Below, one piece after another: positions 24,211 through 37,457 of a DNA stretch of 64,000 nt (the first letter of the stretch is position 1; each line of letters starts with the position of its first letter). The position numbers and the translations under genes were made by a program. The notes under the pieces are model-generated. The model worked only from the letters and a program-made list of their open reading frames with translations. It was not told where the DNA came from and ran no database searches. This DNA comes from Felis catus (lineage: Eukaryota), in the NCBI RefSeq assembly GCF_018350175.1, contig NC_058368.1, positions 213,778,001-213,842,000 on the forward strand. Reading direction: 5' to 3'.

Positions 24211-24507
24211 CATAAAACAATGAATATAGTTGTTATTATTTTCAGTACACTAGGAAGGAGAATGTTGGCCAATTATTGTTATATATACCATTTTCTCCAT
24301 CCATCTATTCATGTATCACACCATTCATTCATACCATAAACAATCACTGAGCACGTTAATGAGAGGAAGTAGAGAAAAGAATGTAATGGTAGGTCAAGAA
24401 TGTAAGCTCTGGAGCCAGATTGCTCTATTTAAATCCCAGCTCTATCTGTAACCTTGGAGAATTTGCTTAACCACATGCAACGCCATTTCTCCATCTGCAA
24501 AAGGGAA

Positions 24508-24969
24508 TGTAGTGTGTTGAATCATGTCCCCTAAAAAGATATATCCATGTCCTAGAAGATGTGAATGTGACCTTCTTTGGCAAAAGAGTCTTCTGCAGAT
24601 GTAATTAAACTGAGGATCTCAAGATGAGATCATCCTAGATTATCTGGGTGGCCCTAAGTGGCAAGTGTCCTTATTAGAGACACACAAAATAGAGACATGC
24701 AGACGTAAGAGAAGACATGGACACACAGAGAAGACAATGTGAAGATGGAGACACAGATCGGAATGATACAGCTAGGAGGAATGTCAACAGCTACCCAAAG
24801 CCGGAAGAGACAAGGAAGGATTCTCCCTCAGGGCATCCAGAGGGAGCATGGCCCTGACAATGCTTTAATTTCAGATTTCTGGCCTCCAGAACTATGAGAG
24901 AATATATTTCTATTGTTTTGAGCCACTGAGCTTGTGATAATTTGTTATAGTAGCCCTAGGAAATGAATA
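24508..24969 (+). mobile_element. MaLR solo LTR (MLT1C-like) inserted in a MIR
   Basis: Begins 'tgtagtgtgttgaatcatgtcccc', contains 'ttctggcctccagaactatgagagaata', ends 'ttgttatagtagccctaggaaatgaata'; MIR halves at about 24385-24505 and 24970-25065. Confidence 0.85.
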
Positions 24970-27607
24970 GGGGAGTAATAATAGTGTGTGCCTCACGGAC
25001 TCATGAGGAGAATTAAGTGAGTTAACATGTCTAAAGCATCTAGAACAGTACCTGCCAAATAGGGAACAGCCAAACAATTTTAATTTTTATCCATGTACTG
25101 GACATTGTGCAGGATCCTGAAGAGTATGGGAAGAAAAGACAGATCATGTTGAGAAACCCTGAAAATAAAGATGATACCCAGAAGCTGAGCAGGTGAGGGA
25201 CCAGAAGGGGTAAGGGTAGTCGGATGCCATAAATTGTTGAACACTGCCTCCCAGAATTCCCCAATTAAGAAATAAATAAGTCTTACATCTGCTCAGGTTT
25301 TTGAAGATGAGTAGTAGGTTCAGAGAGGGGTTAATGCAATCTTTTACCATATCTTTCTCTGCTCACAGCATCTCATTGCCTGCTCTCTCATGAGAATCCA
25401 TGCTGATGAGGACACTTGGAGCACATTTTCTGGGGACAGCTGTCTCTTCCTTTAGCCTAATGATATTGGGAATAAGGGTCACCAGGGCAGAGAGTGGGCA
25501 GTTGGAAAACCGTGGAGGAAAACGATGCTGATTTTGTATGCTGAGTGATTCTGTAATAATATTTGCATGGCTGCTTTAGCCTGGGAAGTTAATTTTCTTC
25601 ACCAAGAGACCCATATAGCACAATCTAGTTTTACCCAAATCTCTATAAAATACACTGTGCCAAAAGGCGGGTGATGGAGAATTCAACCGAAACACAGCTG
25701 AAATCAGACATTTTTTAAGTGTCCACTGGCCAACACACAGAAATGTAAAGAGTTTATTGACATCCTGCTTTATTAAATTTTGCTCTATTCTCATCCTCAT
25801 GGGTGGAGAGAAAAACATTCAAACCCTTGAAAAGAGTTAGTGATTATATTTGATCACCTGCACACAAATATAAGTCAGGAGTGAGGAGCATTACTGTGTA
25901 TTCAAACTTGTAGGCAGCAACCCAAGATACTATGACTAACCTGAAACACACTGGCCTCTCTCCGCTCCAGAAACAGTCTTGGGGAATATCGGAATTATAG
26001 TACCATCCCAGGACACGTACACAGGACAAGCAGGTTCATGTTAGATAGGCATCTGCAAAGTGCTGGCTTTTGGTGAAAGGGACAAAAAAAGCCGGTGTTT
26101 ATTCTGTCTTCCCCTTAGGTATCTCAAGATCTTGTTAGGAGGACTGTAGTCAGGGCCCTAGAAAGCAAAGCTCCCAGCCACCTGCTCCCTTCCCACCTAC
26201 TTCTGCTGGATGCCCAGGGGCCTCTCCATGAGGCAGCCCAGTCCCTCCACCCTCTACTGACTACACCATGATCCGAACTTACCCCCTCTCCCACTCTGCC
26301 CAGCATAACCTCTACTTCCTCAGCAAGCAGGTTTCAGTCAGGGGGTTGACTATGGATTTTCACAGCACTACATAGGACCCCTGTTCATGGTAGGAGTCCT
26401 ATTCTGGATTGTATCAGTATGTCTTTATTTTTAGCAAAGCAGATGATCACTCTTCAGAGGCCAGAACAACAGAGTGTGTATGGACGATTTGGTGGCAATA
26501 CCAGAATTAAAGTCTAGCGCATGCAAAGCCAAGTACTAGAACTGTTCAGATGTTGATACAAAGGACACCATGAGTGGATCAGCTGAAACCCAATTCCACT
26601 CTTGCTAAAAACTTCAAAAGACACAGTCTGGGAATCATTCTATTAAGGGCCACATATACTGTGGAAGCCCCTCCTCAGGAGGCTGTTAAAACCCCACAGA
26701 TCTTACCTGAAATGAGTTAAATTTACTTCAACCTGAAAGCAAAGGATTGGATCACGCTCTTTCAAGAAGTTCCAAATCCATAGGAGCTTGTGATTTTTGA
26801 TCCTAATATGTGGACAGCGAGGCATTTCAGGCTGCTTCCCCTATTTCTTTGCTATCATTTCATCAGAAGCTTGTGACAAGTATGTGCAAAACTAGTCCTC
26901 TTTGCTGTAAAATCAGTTCCCCAAACCCTGCTTCTCCAAAACCTTTTCATATATCCTAGAGTGTTTTTACAAGCCACAGAAACACTTTAAAACCTTAAAA
27001 CAAATAATCCAAGCATAACTTAATTGGCCAGATATTCAATGCTATCTGCTTTCACTGGATTACTTCATAAAGAGTTAATTCTTAAGTTTCTGATTTCTGC
27101 AAGTTAAATAGCCTAGTCACCCTTCACTCAATGTATTCACACAGGTAATGCATGCATGAAAGAGCCAGGAGCTCTGAGAACAGGGGTTGTTTCCTGGCCC
27201 CATTGAGAATATGGGGTGGCAAGGACGCTCTATTGGCATCAGAGAGAGGCCAAAGCTGGGGCAGGCCTCTTCCCGGAGCTGGAGGGACTTGAAAGACAAA
27301 TGTGTCTTCTCCGCACACTTAGTGCCTTAACAAGCCATCTCCAGGCTCAGCCTCCTTATCAGACCACAAAGGGCCTCTTCAACGATTGAGTTTTCAAACC
27401 GTAAATGCTCCCAGTGTTTTCTTGAACACATTTATAAACTGAATGCAGAGCTCTTTAGGTCACAGGCAATTCAAGCCTGAGTCCGATGACCTACCTGGCT
27501 TCCATTCCTGCCTCTGCCCAGAACTGCAGAACCCATGGGAAATTAATTCTTTCCCAATTCCATCTTTTTTCCATTTTTAGCATATGGATATTATAAAAGG
27601 ATCTGTT

Positions 27608-27831
27608 GTTGTTTTTTTAATTTTTTAATGTTTATTTTTGAGAAAGAGAGAGATAGAGAAAGCACAAGCAGGGGAGGGATGGCAGAGAGAAGGGGAGACA
27701 CAGAATCTGAAGCAGGCTCCAGGGTCTGAGCTGTCAGCACAGAGCCCGATGTGGGGCTCGAACTCACGAACCATGAGATTATGACCTGAGACGAAGTCAG
27801 AAGCTTAACCAACTGAGCCACCCACGTGCCC
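27608..27831 (-). mobile_element. CanSINE
   Basis: Reverse-complement SINE with T tail and 'ctgagccacccacgtgccc'; degenerate TSD around 'atctgtt'. Confidence 0.96.
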
Positions 27832-30800
27832 TAAAGAATCTGTTATTGTATATGCAACCTATGCTTAGGTCCCAAGAACAACACAATCTATATATGGACC
27901 ATCGACATAAAAAAAAAAAAAAAAACAACAAAATCAACCAAGAATGATTTGAGAAAATATTCTTATGCTTTGATCTCCTTTAAAAAACATTGTACACATT
28001 TCCCCCAATATCATTTAATTTTTCACACACCTACTGAGGGTTTAGTAAGTCAAATTAAATGCTCCTTTTCCTCTGCTTTTCACTAATAGAGGAGAATATT
28101 TATTGAATCTAAGCATAATCACTGATTCATTAATAAAACCAAGGGGGTACACAGACTTTCAATTCCTCTTTACTCTGCATCTTGCACTATTGCTACGGAA
28201 GATAACAGTTTTGCAGATCTAGCAACCAGAGATGTGATTCTAGCTCCAGTTGTACAATGAGGCAAGTGCTCATTCAGGGCCTCAAGTCCCTCCCTCCAAT
28301 GCAGAAATTAGCAAGTCTGAATGCATCCCCCTTCCAAAGCACAGAGGACAGGAAACTCTGTAGGATCTCCCTGCTTTGAGCCCTGGCAACCTGACCTTTG
28401 CAAAGGAGAGGGTTGGGAAATAACAGATCTAGCCACTGAGCAAGTCAACAGATAAAAAGGCAGACACCCTGAAAGATTCCTTAAAGAGGAGACAGGGAGG
28501 TGAGGCTGCTCCCAGCAGTCCAGAGCTTTTCATCCAAAGCTGAAAGCAAGCTTCGGCGGGGTCCACTAAAGAGTCCCACCTTGTACACTCACTGCACTGT
28601 CACTGACTTTGACAAGAGGCTTATTGATTTCTCAGCACACTATCAGAAGGACCTGCTTGGTAGCAGACACTGTCACTGAGGGGTGTGCATACATACCTCA
28701 GCATCTAATTCTTCCTGAGAACAACCCTGCGAAGTGGCTATTGCACCAGTGTTGCACATGAGGAGATGGGGGCTCCAGTGTTTCGAAAGACCTGGTCAGC
28801 GAGAAGCTTTCTGCACTGCTAGGATTCCAGCCACAGTCTCTGACTCCAATTCCAGAAATCCTCCTTTCCCTCTTGGCTGCCTCGGCTGGTGCCTGAGCAC
28901 CAGGTTCACCTGCCGGCCATCCGCAGCATTTCCGCTTGCCCCAGCCCCAGCAGCGGGCGCCTCTCCTGTTTTACCAAGACCACACTTCCCTGGGTGCACT
29001 GCAGGCTCCCTCTCCAGTGCGTCCATCACCCAACCTCTGCTTCCCTCCTACCTTCCCGGGAAGACAGAGGCCAGCTTTCTCCTTCCCCTGCACCTGCTCC
29101 TGTTCATCTCTGGCTTCTTCCCTCCCCAACATCTCTTCTCTTGTCTTCCTTCTCTCCTACTGCTCTGTTAAACACGACTGGGAGGGGGATTTGGGGGACA
29201 CTCCCGAATAAACCTTCCCACAACACTACCACCTCCTCAAAATACTCTCCAGATTATTTTTACCTGGCACACTTCTGGATCCAGTGTCCATACCCCCAAC
29301 TTCAAACGTCTTGGCAATCCCTCTCTCCTTCGTCCCTTGAACCTGGCTCCCATGACCATCCTTTACAGACACTGTTCTCAGTCTTTGTCAATGGCCTTTT
29401 CCTACCATCCCCTGGGATGCTGGCCCTTCTCAGACATTCCTGCCTCTACCTGTCTCCCCACCTCCCTCAGGGGCTTGCCTGTCACATCCTACATGATACT
29501 ATGGAGATACTCTTGAGGGCAGAAGAAAGAGGTTAAAAACTGTCCAGTCAACAAGTCTGTCTGTCCTGTTCAGAGATTCAGCCTTTCTTTGAGTTTGGTC
29601 CTGCCTGACCTTTTGTGGGTTCGTCTTCCCTGAAATGCCTCCCCTTGTGGTTGGTGCAGGAAGAGGGACCCGAGGCCACGTTCCAACAGGGACACCCCCA
29701 CCCCCACCCCACCACACACACATACACACCATAGTCTAAGTTACTGAGGCCCACATGATCTAGGCCAAGGGAGGATCTGCAGCTCTGTATATTATCTTGT
29801 CCAGCCTACCGGGCCTGGAGATTCCAAGTCAGGATTGGGACAACACCGAATACAGCTGGTGGTGGGGAGGGGTGGCAGGGAAGGTCATGGGTGTTGCCTC
29901 TGTCTCTCTCCCGGAGGAAGCTGGTGGGTGGCTGGTGGAGGTCTTATCGGGACATGGATAAGATAAGGTCCTACAGGAACAGGCCCAGGGCAGTGTGCCA
30001 ACAGGCTCTGTAGGGTGAGGTACAAAGGTAGGACTGCTCAACTTGGGAGGGAGAAACAGAGAATCACAGAGGAGGAGGCCCCTGAGCTGGATCTTGACGA
30101 GTAAGAAGTGGTTCATCAGGAAGACCAGGGAAGAAAGGATATTCCAGGACCTCATTCCTTCCACTACCACCCCCAGAAAATCAGCATTGTAGAGGCAGAG
30201 AGTAAGACAGGTCAGGAGGGTCTATAGCTTGTGTTTGGGGGGGGGGGGGGGGGGAGACATAGCAGGAAAGAAGTCTAAGGAGGCACATAGAATTTGGAAT
30301 TTATTCCATGGTCCTGGGAGCCACTGATAGGTTTTACAAGAAGAGGTGATCAATAGACCTCGGAGACTGATTAGAAGTGGGAAGAGGACAGGTGAAGTCT
30401 GGAAGGATTTCTCCAGATTTCTAGTTAGCTGAATGTTAAAACTCTAAGCTCCCCATTTCAGTCACCTGTGTATTCACACTCTGAACCTGCAGGTGATCTT
30501 TGCTTCTTCTTCACTCTAAATGCAAGCAAGCCCATACTTCAAGGCCACATCTGACTAACGTTTCCTTTCTTCCCACAAGCTGCTGCCAGACCCCCATTAC
30601 CCCCTGCGCCCATCTCATTACAATAACCTTCTCACTGGGCAATTCACCCCCCCAGCTCTCAGTCTTCTTTCTGCCAGAGATCAGATTAATCTCCCTACTG
30701 CACAGAGTGACAATCCCTTACTCAAAAATCCCAAATATTTCCCTATCAGCAGCAGAACAAAGCTCCTCCAAACCTCAGCCCAGCCTCTTCTTCCACCATC

Positions 30801-32784
30801 CCCCTCGGGCCACATCTGCCCTCAGGATCAACTTCTCAGCCCACAGCTTCTCTACCTCTGTTCTCCTGTTCTCCACAGAGCCTTTCGGGTCTCTTGGGTC
30901 TAAAGTGACTTCTTTCTCCTCTGGACTCCTTGGACCACTCTTCAGGTACTTTATTCATCAGACCATCTCTTCATGCAGTAAATACAGGGAGCCTGTCACA
31001 TACCACACAGCGCACTGATTTGGATCCAAGCTGTCAGTATACTTCCTGTCACTTCTCCCGACAGACTGAAACTCTGACAGCAAGGAGGGAGCCTCCGCGC
31101 ATCCCCAGGAACGTCTGAGGGCCTATGCACAGCAAACCACAGGTACTCCAAAAATAAAATGGGTGAAATGAATAGAGAAATTATCATAAGTTTCCTTAAA
31201 TAGTAAACTGCCTTAAGTGCATGCAAAATCAATTTTAATGACAGAGATTTACAGTATAATTCAATATTTTTCCAGGACCATATTAACTATGTCAAGGGAG
31301 GTACATTTATATACTTTGCATGGTTCTGATTCTTCCCCTGCCAGCACCCCCCCCCCACATTTCCCTGTCTACCCCCGCCCCCATACACACTCACACCACT
31401 ATGTGGTTATTAGTGAAGCAGCAGTTCTAAGCCCATTCTAATGCAAGAAGGAATTGATGAAGCTAGAGCAACCACCTACAGGAAGGGGTGTGTTCTGAGA
31501 CATTCTATTCTGTCCCAGCAAGCAACCCTCCCACACCACACCTGCCAACCTGTACCTATTTGACCCCCACCCACACACCACAGACCAGAAAAGCTGGCCC
31601 TGTAGAAACAGCAGACCCCTGGAGCCCAAGTCCAGAGCAGGCTGAATGTGAAAGACCCCACTGAGGAAGGACTAGCAGCACTGAAGGGGGGTGTTGGGGG
31701 TCTGTAAAAGCAGGTCCACAGTATCACTTTCTGTAGCCACTCGGGGACCACCTCCAGCAGCTGCATCATGCTTTGTCAAGGGAAACACATGCACCCAAAG
31801 CACCCTACCTCTGTGGGAGGCGGACGCCAGGCGGGCTGCAGGAGACAGGGTGCAGCCCCTTCCCCCAACAGTCCTGCACCTCCAGTCCTCCTGCAGGGCG
31901 GCAGGGCCACGGCTCTGGAATGCCCTCGTGCCTGCCATTCCAGTCTCTGAGACCAGCCCGTGCCAGACCGTGTGCTCTTCACACTCCAGTGTCTCTTATC
32001 AAGGTCTCTGCATTGATCAGGCCTCTGAGGACCGGCTTCTGGCAAACTCCAGCCGGGGACCCTGGACCCTCCCCCTACTCAATTTAGCGTTGCAGGAAGA
32101 CAAGCAACCCAAAGACCTAAAACGTCAACGCAAACCTGAGAGGGAGAGACGGGTAGAGAGAGAGAGAGATGGAGGGAAAGGAACAAGGCCAGATTTCAGG
32201 AGGAACTCGACTTCACAGGGAAAGCAGGATTTCCCCATGTGTACGTTCCCCATCTCCCTGGGAGATGCCAATACTGCCCCAAAGATGTCCTTGCTTTTTG
32301 CGCGCCCCCTCCATTCCCTCCACCCGCGCGTCTCTTCCCCGGGCAGGGACCACGCAAGAGATGAGGGAGCGCGGGAGCACGGACCCCAAGGCAGCACCTG
32401 AGGCCGGAGCGCCTGAGTCCTCTCCGCCCCTGGAGGAGAGGACCAGGCGACGGCCCAGGTACGGAGACCCCGGGAGCGGGCTCCCGCGGAGGCTCCTGGC
32501 CCCGTCCTGAGTGTGCCCAGCAGCGCGGCTCGGGTTGTCCCGCGGTCGCGGGCCCTCTTCCCGCCGCGGCCGCGTCCTCCCCGCCCCCGGCCGGATACGA
32601 GGGGAGTTTGAGCCGCCCGACCCGGCTTCGGAGCCCTCCTCACCGCCTCGCCCGGCTTGGGGTCCCCGCACCGGGATTTGTCACTAAACTTTCCCGGGCT
32701 CGCTGGGTCTCCGGGGTGCCGAACCGCCCCTCCCCCGCGCGTCCGAAGCCCCGCGTCCCGGCCGCAGCCGGAACATCGCTTCAC

Positions 32785-32866
32785 CTGCGCGCGGCTCCGC
32801 CGAGCCTCCCGCTGCTCCCGCGTCCGGACCCGGGCGCCGCCCGGCGGGTCCCCGCGCTGCTGCTGC

Positions 32867-32897
<31 letters not shown>

Positions 32898-33060
32898 GGT
32901 GCCGTCGCCGCCGCGCCTGCCCGGAGCCGCAGCGCCGCGGTCCGCCCTCAGCCGCGGGAGGCTCAACCCCGGGAGCCCGCGGCTCGCCGGGTCCCCGCAG
33001 CCGCCGCCCCACCGCGTCCCTCTGCCCGGGGCCGGCAGGCACCGGCGCTGGGAACCCGCT
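32785..33060 (-). other. Probable non-coding first exon of an unidentified minus-strand gene (5' boundary approximate)
   Basis: Donor GCGCAG|GTGAAG at 32785/32784; no ATG on the minus strand between about 33090 and the donor; GGC repeats are typical of 5' UTRs. Confidence 0.6.
32856..32897 (-). repeat. Compound trinucleotide repeat (GGC)9(AGC)5
   Basis: Plus strand reads (GCT)5 at 32856-32870 and (GCC)9 at 32871-32897. Confidence 0.97.
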
Positions 33061-33091
33061 CCTCGCCCAGCTCTCCCAGCTGCGCGGCGCT

Positions 33092-33231
33092 GGGGATTCA
33101 CGGAGCCTCCAGGATGGGCGGGGATTCCCTCCCTCTGGTAGATTCGAGGGGCGGGAACTCCCTTCCTGGAGTGACAGGGACGGGGGGCGGGGATTCCCCT
33201 GCAGGAATGACAGGGTGGGCGGGGATTTCCC
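33092..33231. promoter_or_regulatory. Cluster of GC-box / NF-kB-consensus composite sites
   Basis: GGGGATTCCC (33120), GGGAACTCCC (33153), GGGGATTCCCC (33189), GGGGATTTCCC (33221), each overlapped at its 5' end by GGGCGG; partial copy GGGGATTCAC at 33092. Confidence 0.65.
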
Positions 33232-34814
33232 CCCCCCCCCCCCCCCCCCGAGCCAGGCACACCGCGTGCCGTGTCTCTCCCGGTGAACCCGAGTCCGGGT
33301 GCGCTGTCTTCAGAAACCCGGGGTTCCTGGGAGGAGAGGATCCGGGGAGATGGCAGCTCAGAATTTCCAGATGGCGGGGCTTGGGGCGCCATCTAGGTGG
33401 AAAAAGAGCTCGGGGACTTGAAGTCGCCTTTGCATAGCATCAAGAAAAATGTCAATTGCCTTATACAAGAATGGGGTGGGGAGGCCAAAGGAGATGGGGA
33501 AAGGACTAACCACCCGCACCAAGAAACCTTTGGCCTCTGGCTCTTCTGATAGCAAAGTTGATTTAACACCCGTATGGGAATTTCGAGAATTTCGGGGGGA
33601 ACTTTTGGCACCTCAGAGCTGCTAAATCCCCTAGTTAAGCTCCCGAGAGAAATCCTCAGAGACAAAGTCCTATGGCCCTGGAGTGGAGGGTTTGGTCCCT
33701 GGGAGAACTAGCCAAGAGCCCCTGTTTGAGGGGACCGTGAGAGCCAATGCCAATCGCCCTTGGCCTTATTCCAGGTCAGTCAAGGGACAGAAGCCTCCGG
33801 CTGTTTGGATCCTTCATTCCCGTGGATTTTCAGGAAGGCCTTCAAATATTTTTGGTTCTTTTTTTGTCATCCTTGTCATTCTGCCTACCACAGGGAGAGG
33901 ATGATAAGGACATAATAGGGAGACTGCACAGCTCTGCAAATTAAGCTCTCTTAAGAGGAAAAAGCTGGTCTTTTTCAAGTGCTAGCAGATAAGAGTTAAA
34001 AACATATGAAAAATTACAAAACCTGGGATAATGAATAGTTGAATAATGCTTTTGACATTTTCTGCAGAGCAGTAATTGGAAATCTTTGCTTTGGGGGATG
34101 GGGATGGGGTGGGGCAGCGATCTTCGGCAGCTTTGCCCAGCAAGGCAACAAGCAGTGGTCTTTTGGAAAAGCAGACAGACATAAAGCACCTGCACAGACT
34201 GACTGTGCCTCAGAGGCCAGGGTAGTCCCAAGGCATCTTGAGATGGGGTTTTCGGCAGGGGTTGGGTGGGGAAGAACTTGAATTCAGCTGTTTGTCAGCT
34301 TTTATCATTACCAGGCCACTGAGATGAAAGTCTGCATAAATCCAAGCTTCCTATAATATAAGCTGTGCAATCTGAAGTACCCAGAGGTCCTCTCTTCCTG
34401 TCTGTAAGTAGAGAAAATACCTACCACTCGGGATCATAAACATTGGCAGTAACACAACTACTCAGCATAGCTCTTAGGAGGTGCTCAAGGAAGTGGCAAC
34501 TATTACCCAGAAAGGTATCATTGGGACACCACAGCAAGTCCTTCTAGAATCAAAGAGGACTGGTGGTTTCTGTTTGTTTCACAGTCCCAGTGCCATATTC
34601 TACCACTGTCTTCCAATCACATGAGCCATGAAAAGACAAAGCCTGTCTCCTCAGCATCTGTACCCAGCACCTACCTCCTTCAACACCCATTGAAAGTTTG
34701 CTGAATAAATGAATATGTAAATGAATTTATCACTCAAACCATAAGCACTGCTATTCCTTACCCAACCCATCCCCAACTCCTTCATTCCAGCCATGTACTC
34801 CTTTCTTAAAATGC

Positions 34815-35027
34815 TTTTTTTTTTTTAAGTTTATTTATTTTGAGAGAGAGAGAGAGAGCGTGCATGCAGGAGTGGGGTTGGGGCAGAGAAAGAGGGAGAG
34901 AGAATTCAAAGCAGCCTCCGCAATGTCAGCGCAGAGCCTGACGCAGAGCTTGAACTCAGGAACCATGACCTTGTGACCTGAGTAGAGATGAAGACACTAA
35001 ACCGACTGAGCCACCCAGGCGTCCCCC
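34815..35027 (-). mobile_element. CanSINE
   Basis: Reverse SINE; TSD GCCATGTACTCCT. Confidence 0.93.
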
Positions 35028-36604
35028 TGGCCATGTACTCCTAACCTGCACGTGGTTTCCTCTGCCGGCAGGAGGTTCTCACATTCCTGTGTCTGCTGAA
35101 ATCCCAAAGAGTTGTGTCACCTCTTCTGGGAAGGCTTCTCTGATCGCTGGCACCACCATCAGTTTTCTGCTCCTCTATTAATTATTGCAACAGTAGCACT
35201 TCCTTCAAGTTGCTAGTATAACCCTTGTCAGGTTGTATTAAGCGGGAGGAATTGTAGTGTTCCCTCACACATTTCCAGTTTGTGAGTTCCTGGAGGAAGG
35301 AGAACCTAGATCTTGTTATTTGTGTGCTTCCAATCCAGCATGGGATAGTGTGCAACCCCCAATAGCTGCTCAATAAATATTTGCTAGATTGAAATAAATT
35401 ATTAAATATATAGATATATATGACATGTTACACGTGTTATATGCAGGCGTAAATATTATACATATCAATATTATTTATGCATGTGTAATATTTTATCATC
35501 TGTCTCCTTCAGACATGGCTCTGCTGACCAGCTTAAAATACTTCTAGTTTCAATCACTTTTCATCCAATATTTTCCAGAGAGTTTTGGGCAAGTTCCTGC
35601 TGCTAATAATAGCTCACCTCTCAAGGGGTCAATCAAATGCATGGAAATTTTCTTTTGCCCTTGCAGTCTTGCCAATTTGGAAAGCTCACAACTGAGGGCA
35701 TTTATTTTCCAGTGTTTGAAGATCAAAATGTAAATTTTTCCTGCCCCCTTGTTAAATATTTAGTCACAGATTAGTACTTCTGTCCAAGTTGCCATTTTAA
35801 TTTATTGTCATAATGTACATGATTTGGAGGAGGAGGTTGGACTTAGAAAATCTAAGGCTTAGTTAAGGGCAAGAGAAGATTAAAATAATGAACCAAGAAA
35901 ACAGTGGGACATCACCTGTCAATGATAGGTAAAAGAATGCAGCGTACTTTAGGTGAGTCCAAGGAGATTCACATGGGCTGCAGAGGCATTTGGTTTACCT
36001 CTGAGCTTTCCCCCTCTGTGAAGAAGAATCTACCCCACCAGGCAGCTGTAACTGAATTGGATCTTTTCATCATCAAGTCAAATGAAATCTTGAAGATTGC
36101 TTCCATCTTTTCTTTTCAGCTGCTTGTCCAAGTGTGTTGGGAGGAGAAGGAGCCTTAGTCAACAACTGGATCAGTTCCCTTTCTCCTCCCAGCCTCTGTG
36201 GGTTCATTTTATCTCCAAAACAGATTCCAGCTTCCGGTTTACCCACCTAATTACCCTCCTTTTCTTCCCCTGGAAATTCCTGGCCACTACTTCTTCCATT
36301 CAGGAACTCTCATTGGAATGAGCCATCCCCTGGCCAAGGCAGGGTTTAAGAAGAACAAAGAAGGAACAATGACACTAAAACTTTAATTCATTGGCTTCTA
36401 ATTCAGAATGTGTTTAAAGATTACCAGGAGATTTGAAAATTCAGATACCCTGGCCTCAGCCCCTGAGATCATCGTATGCTGAGTCCTAGGGCAGCTTTGG
36501 CTATTGTATTTTTAACCAGCACCCTGTGATTGTGATGTGGGTGGCCCACAGAACATATTTGTAAAAATACTGAGATAGAGTGACTCGAAAAATGGGAGGG
36601 AGCC

Positions 36605-36800
36605 GGCGGCACGTGGGTGTCTCAGTGGGTTAAGTGTCTGACTATGGCTCAGGTCATGATGTCACGGTTCAGTTGGTAAGATCAAGCCCTACATCAGACT
36701 CTGCACTGACAGCATGGAGGCTGCTTGCTCTTCTCTCTCTTTCCCTCTCTCTCCCTGCCACTCCCCTCCTCAAAATAAATATAAATAAACTTTAAAAAAA
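36605..36800 (+). mobile_element. CanSINE
   Basis: TSD AAAAATGGGAGGGAG on both sides. Confidence 0.93.
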
Positions 36801-37417
36801 TGGGAGGGAGGCTGAGTTAGATCACACTCTAGTATTTGGTATAGTGTTGATAGATTTTATTTTAAACCTTGATGAAAATTTTGTATTTATTCTGTCTCAG
36901 ACCACATCTTTTATTAGCTAGTACACAAAATGGGCCTCCATTTGATGCATCCTGTTTTAAAATACTTGTTTAGGGGAAAGGTTTAAGTACTTTTCATCCT
37001 GTGTATATTGAAAGCGATGAGTTTCACTGTGTCCACAAGCATGACATTGGAACTTATGCAAATGTGTTTTGTTATTTTCAGTTTTGTACAATATTATGGC
37101 ACATGCAGAATTTATGATTTTTCTCCTAGGGGGCTCCCCCATGCAGAATATACTATCTCTCCTTCTATTTATTTAGGCAGCTAAATCATCCATTATTTTA
37201 TCTTTGACTCAGCCTTCCATTTATACTATGTAAGTATGGTTGCCAGGGTAATTTTTTTTTAATAAAATTTTTGGCAGGAAAAAATGAATTATACACTAGC
37301 AAGTACAGACCAGATATTGCTTATTATTTTCACAATTTATATAGATGATTCAATAATTCTGTCCAGTGGTGAATTACCCTATATGCTCAGGGCACCTGTA
37401 AAACCAGGCTACTAAAG

Positions 37418-37421
<4 letters not shown>

Positions 37422-37455
<34 letters not shown>
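37422..37455. repeat. (GA)n microsatellite
   Basis: Direct reading. Confidence 0.95.

Positions 37456-37457
<2 letters not shown>

Larger units (their letters stand above)
32300..33310. promoter_or_regulatory. CpG island / promoter
   Basis: About 1 kb of very high GC with dense CpG and multiple GC boxes; the only large island in the window. Confidence 0.93.

Noticed and set aside
25561..25568. Octamer motifs (ATTTGCAT/ATGCAAAT; also near 9531, 22477, 37056)
   Set aside because: A few AT-rich 8-mers in 64 kb are compatible with chance.
1..32784. Excess of plus-strand SINEs in the intron, suggesting selection against sense insertions
   Set aside because: The upstream intergenic half shows a plus-strand excess too, and the counts are small.
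32785..33060. Assigning a gene symbol to the CpG-island gene
   Set aside because: No coding sequence is visible in the window and I do not recognise the UTR; any name would be a guess.
32125..33392. Long overlapping ORFs (305, 209, 203, 177 aa) at the CpG island
   Set aside because: Stop codons are rare in GC-rich DNA; the products are low-complexity R/G/P/A with no recognisable domain, and several frames on both strands are open.
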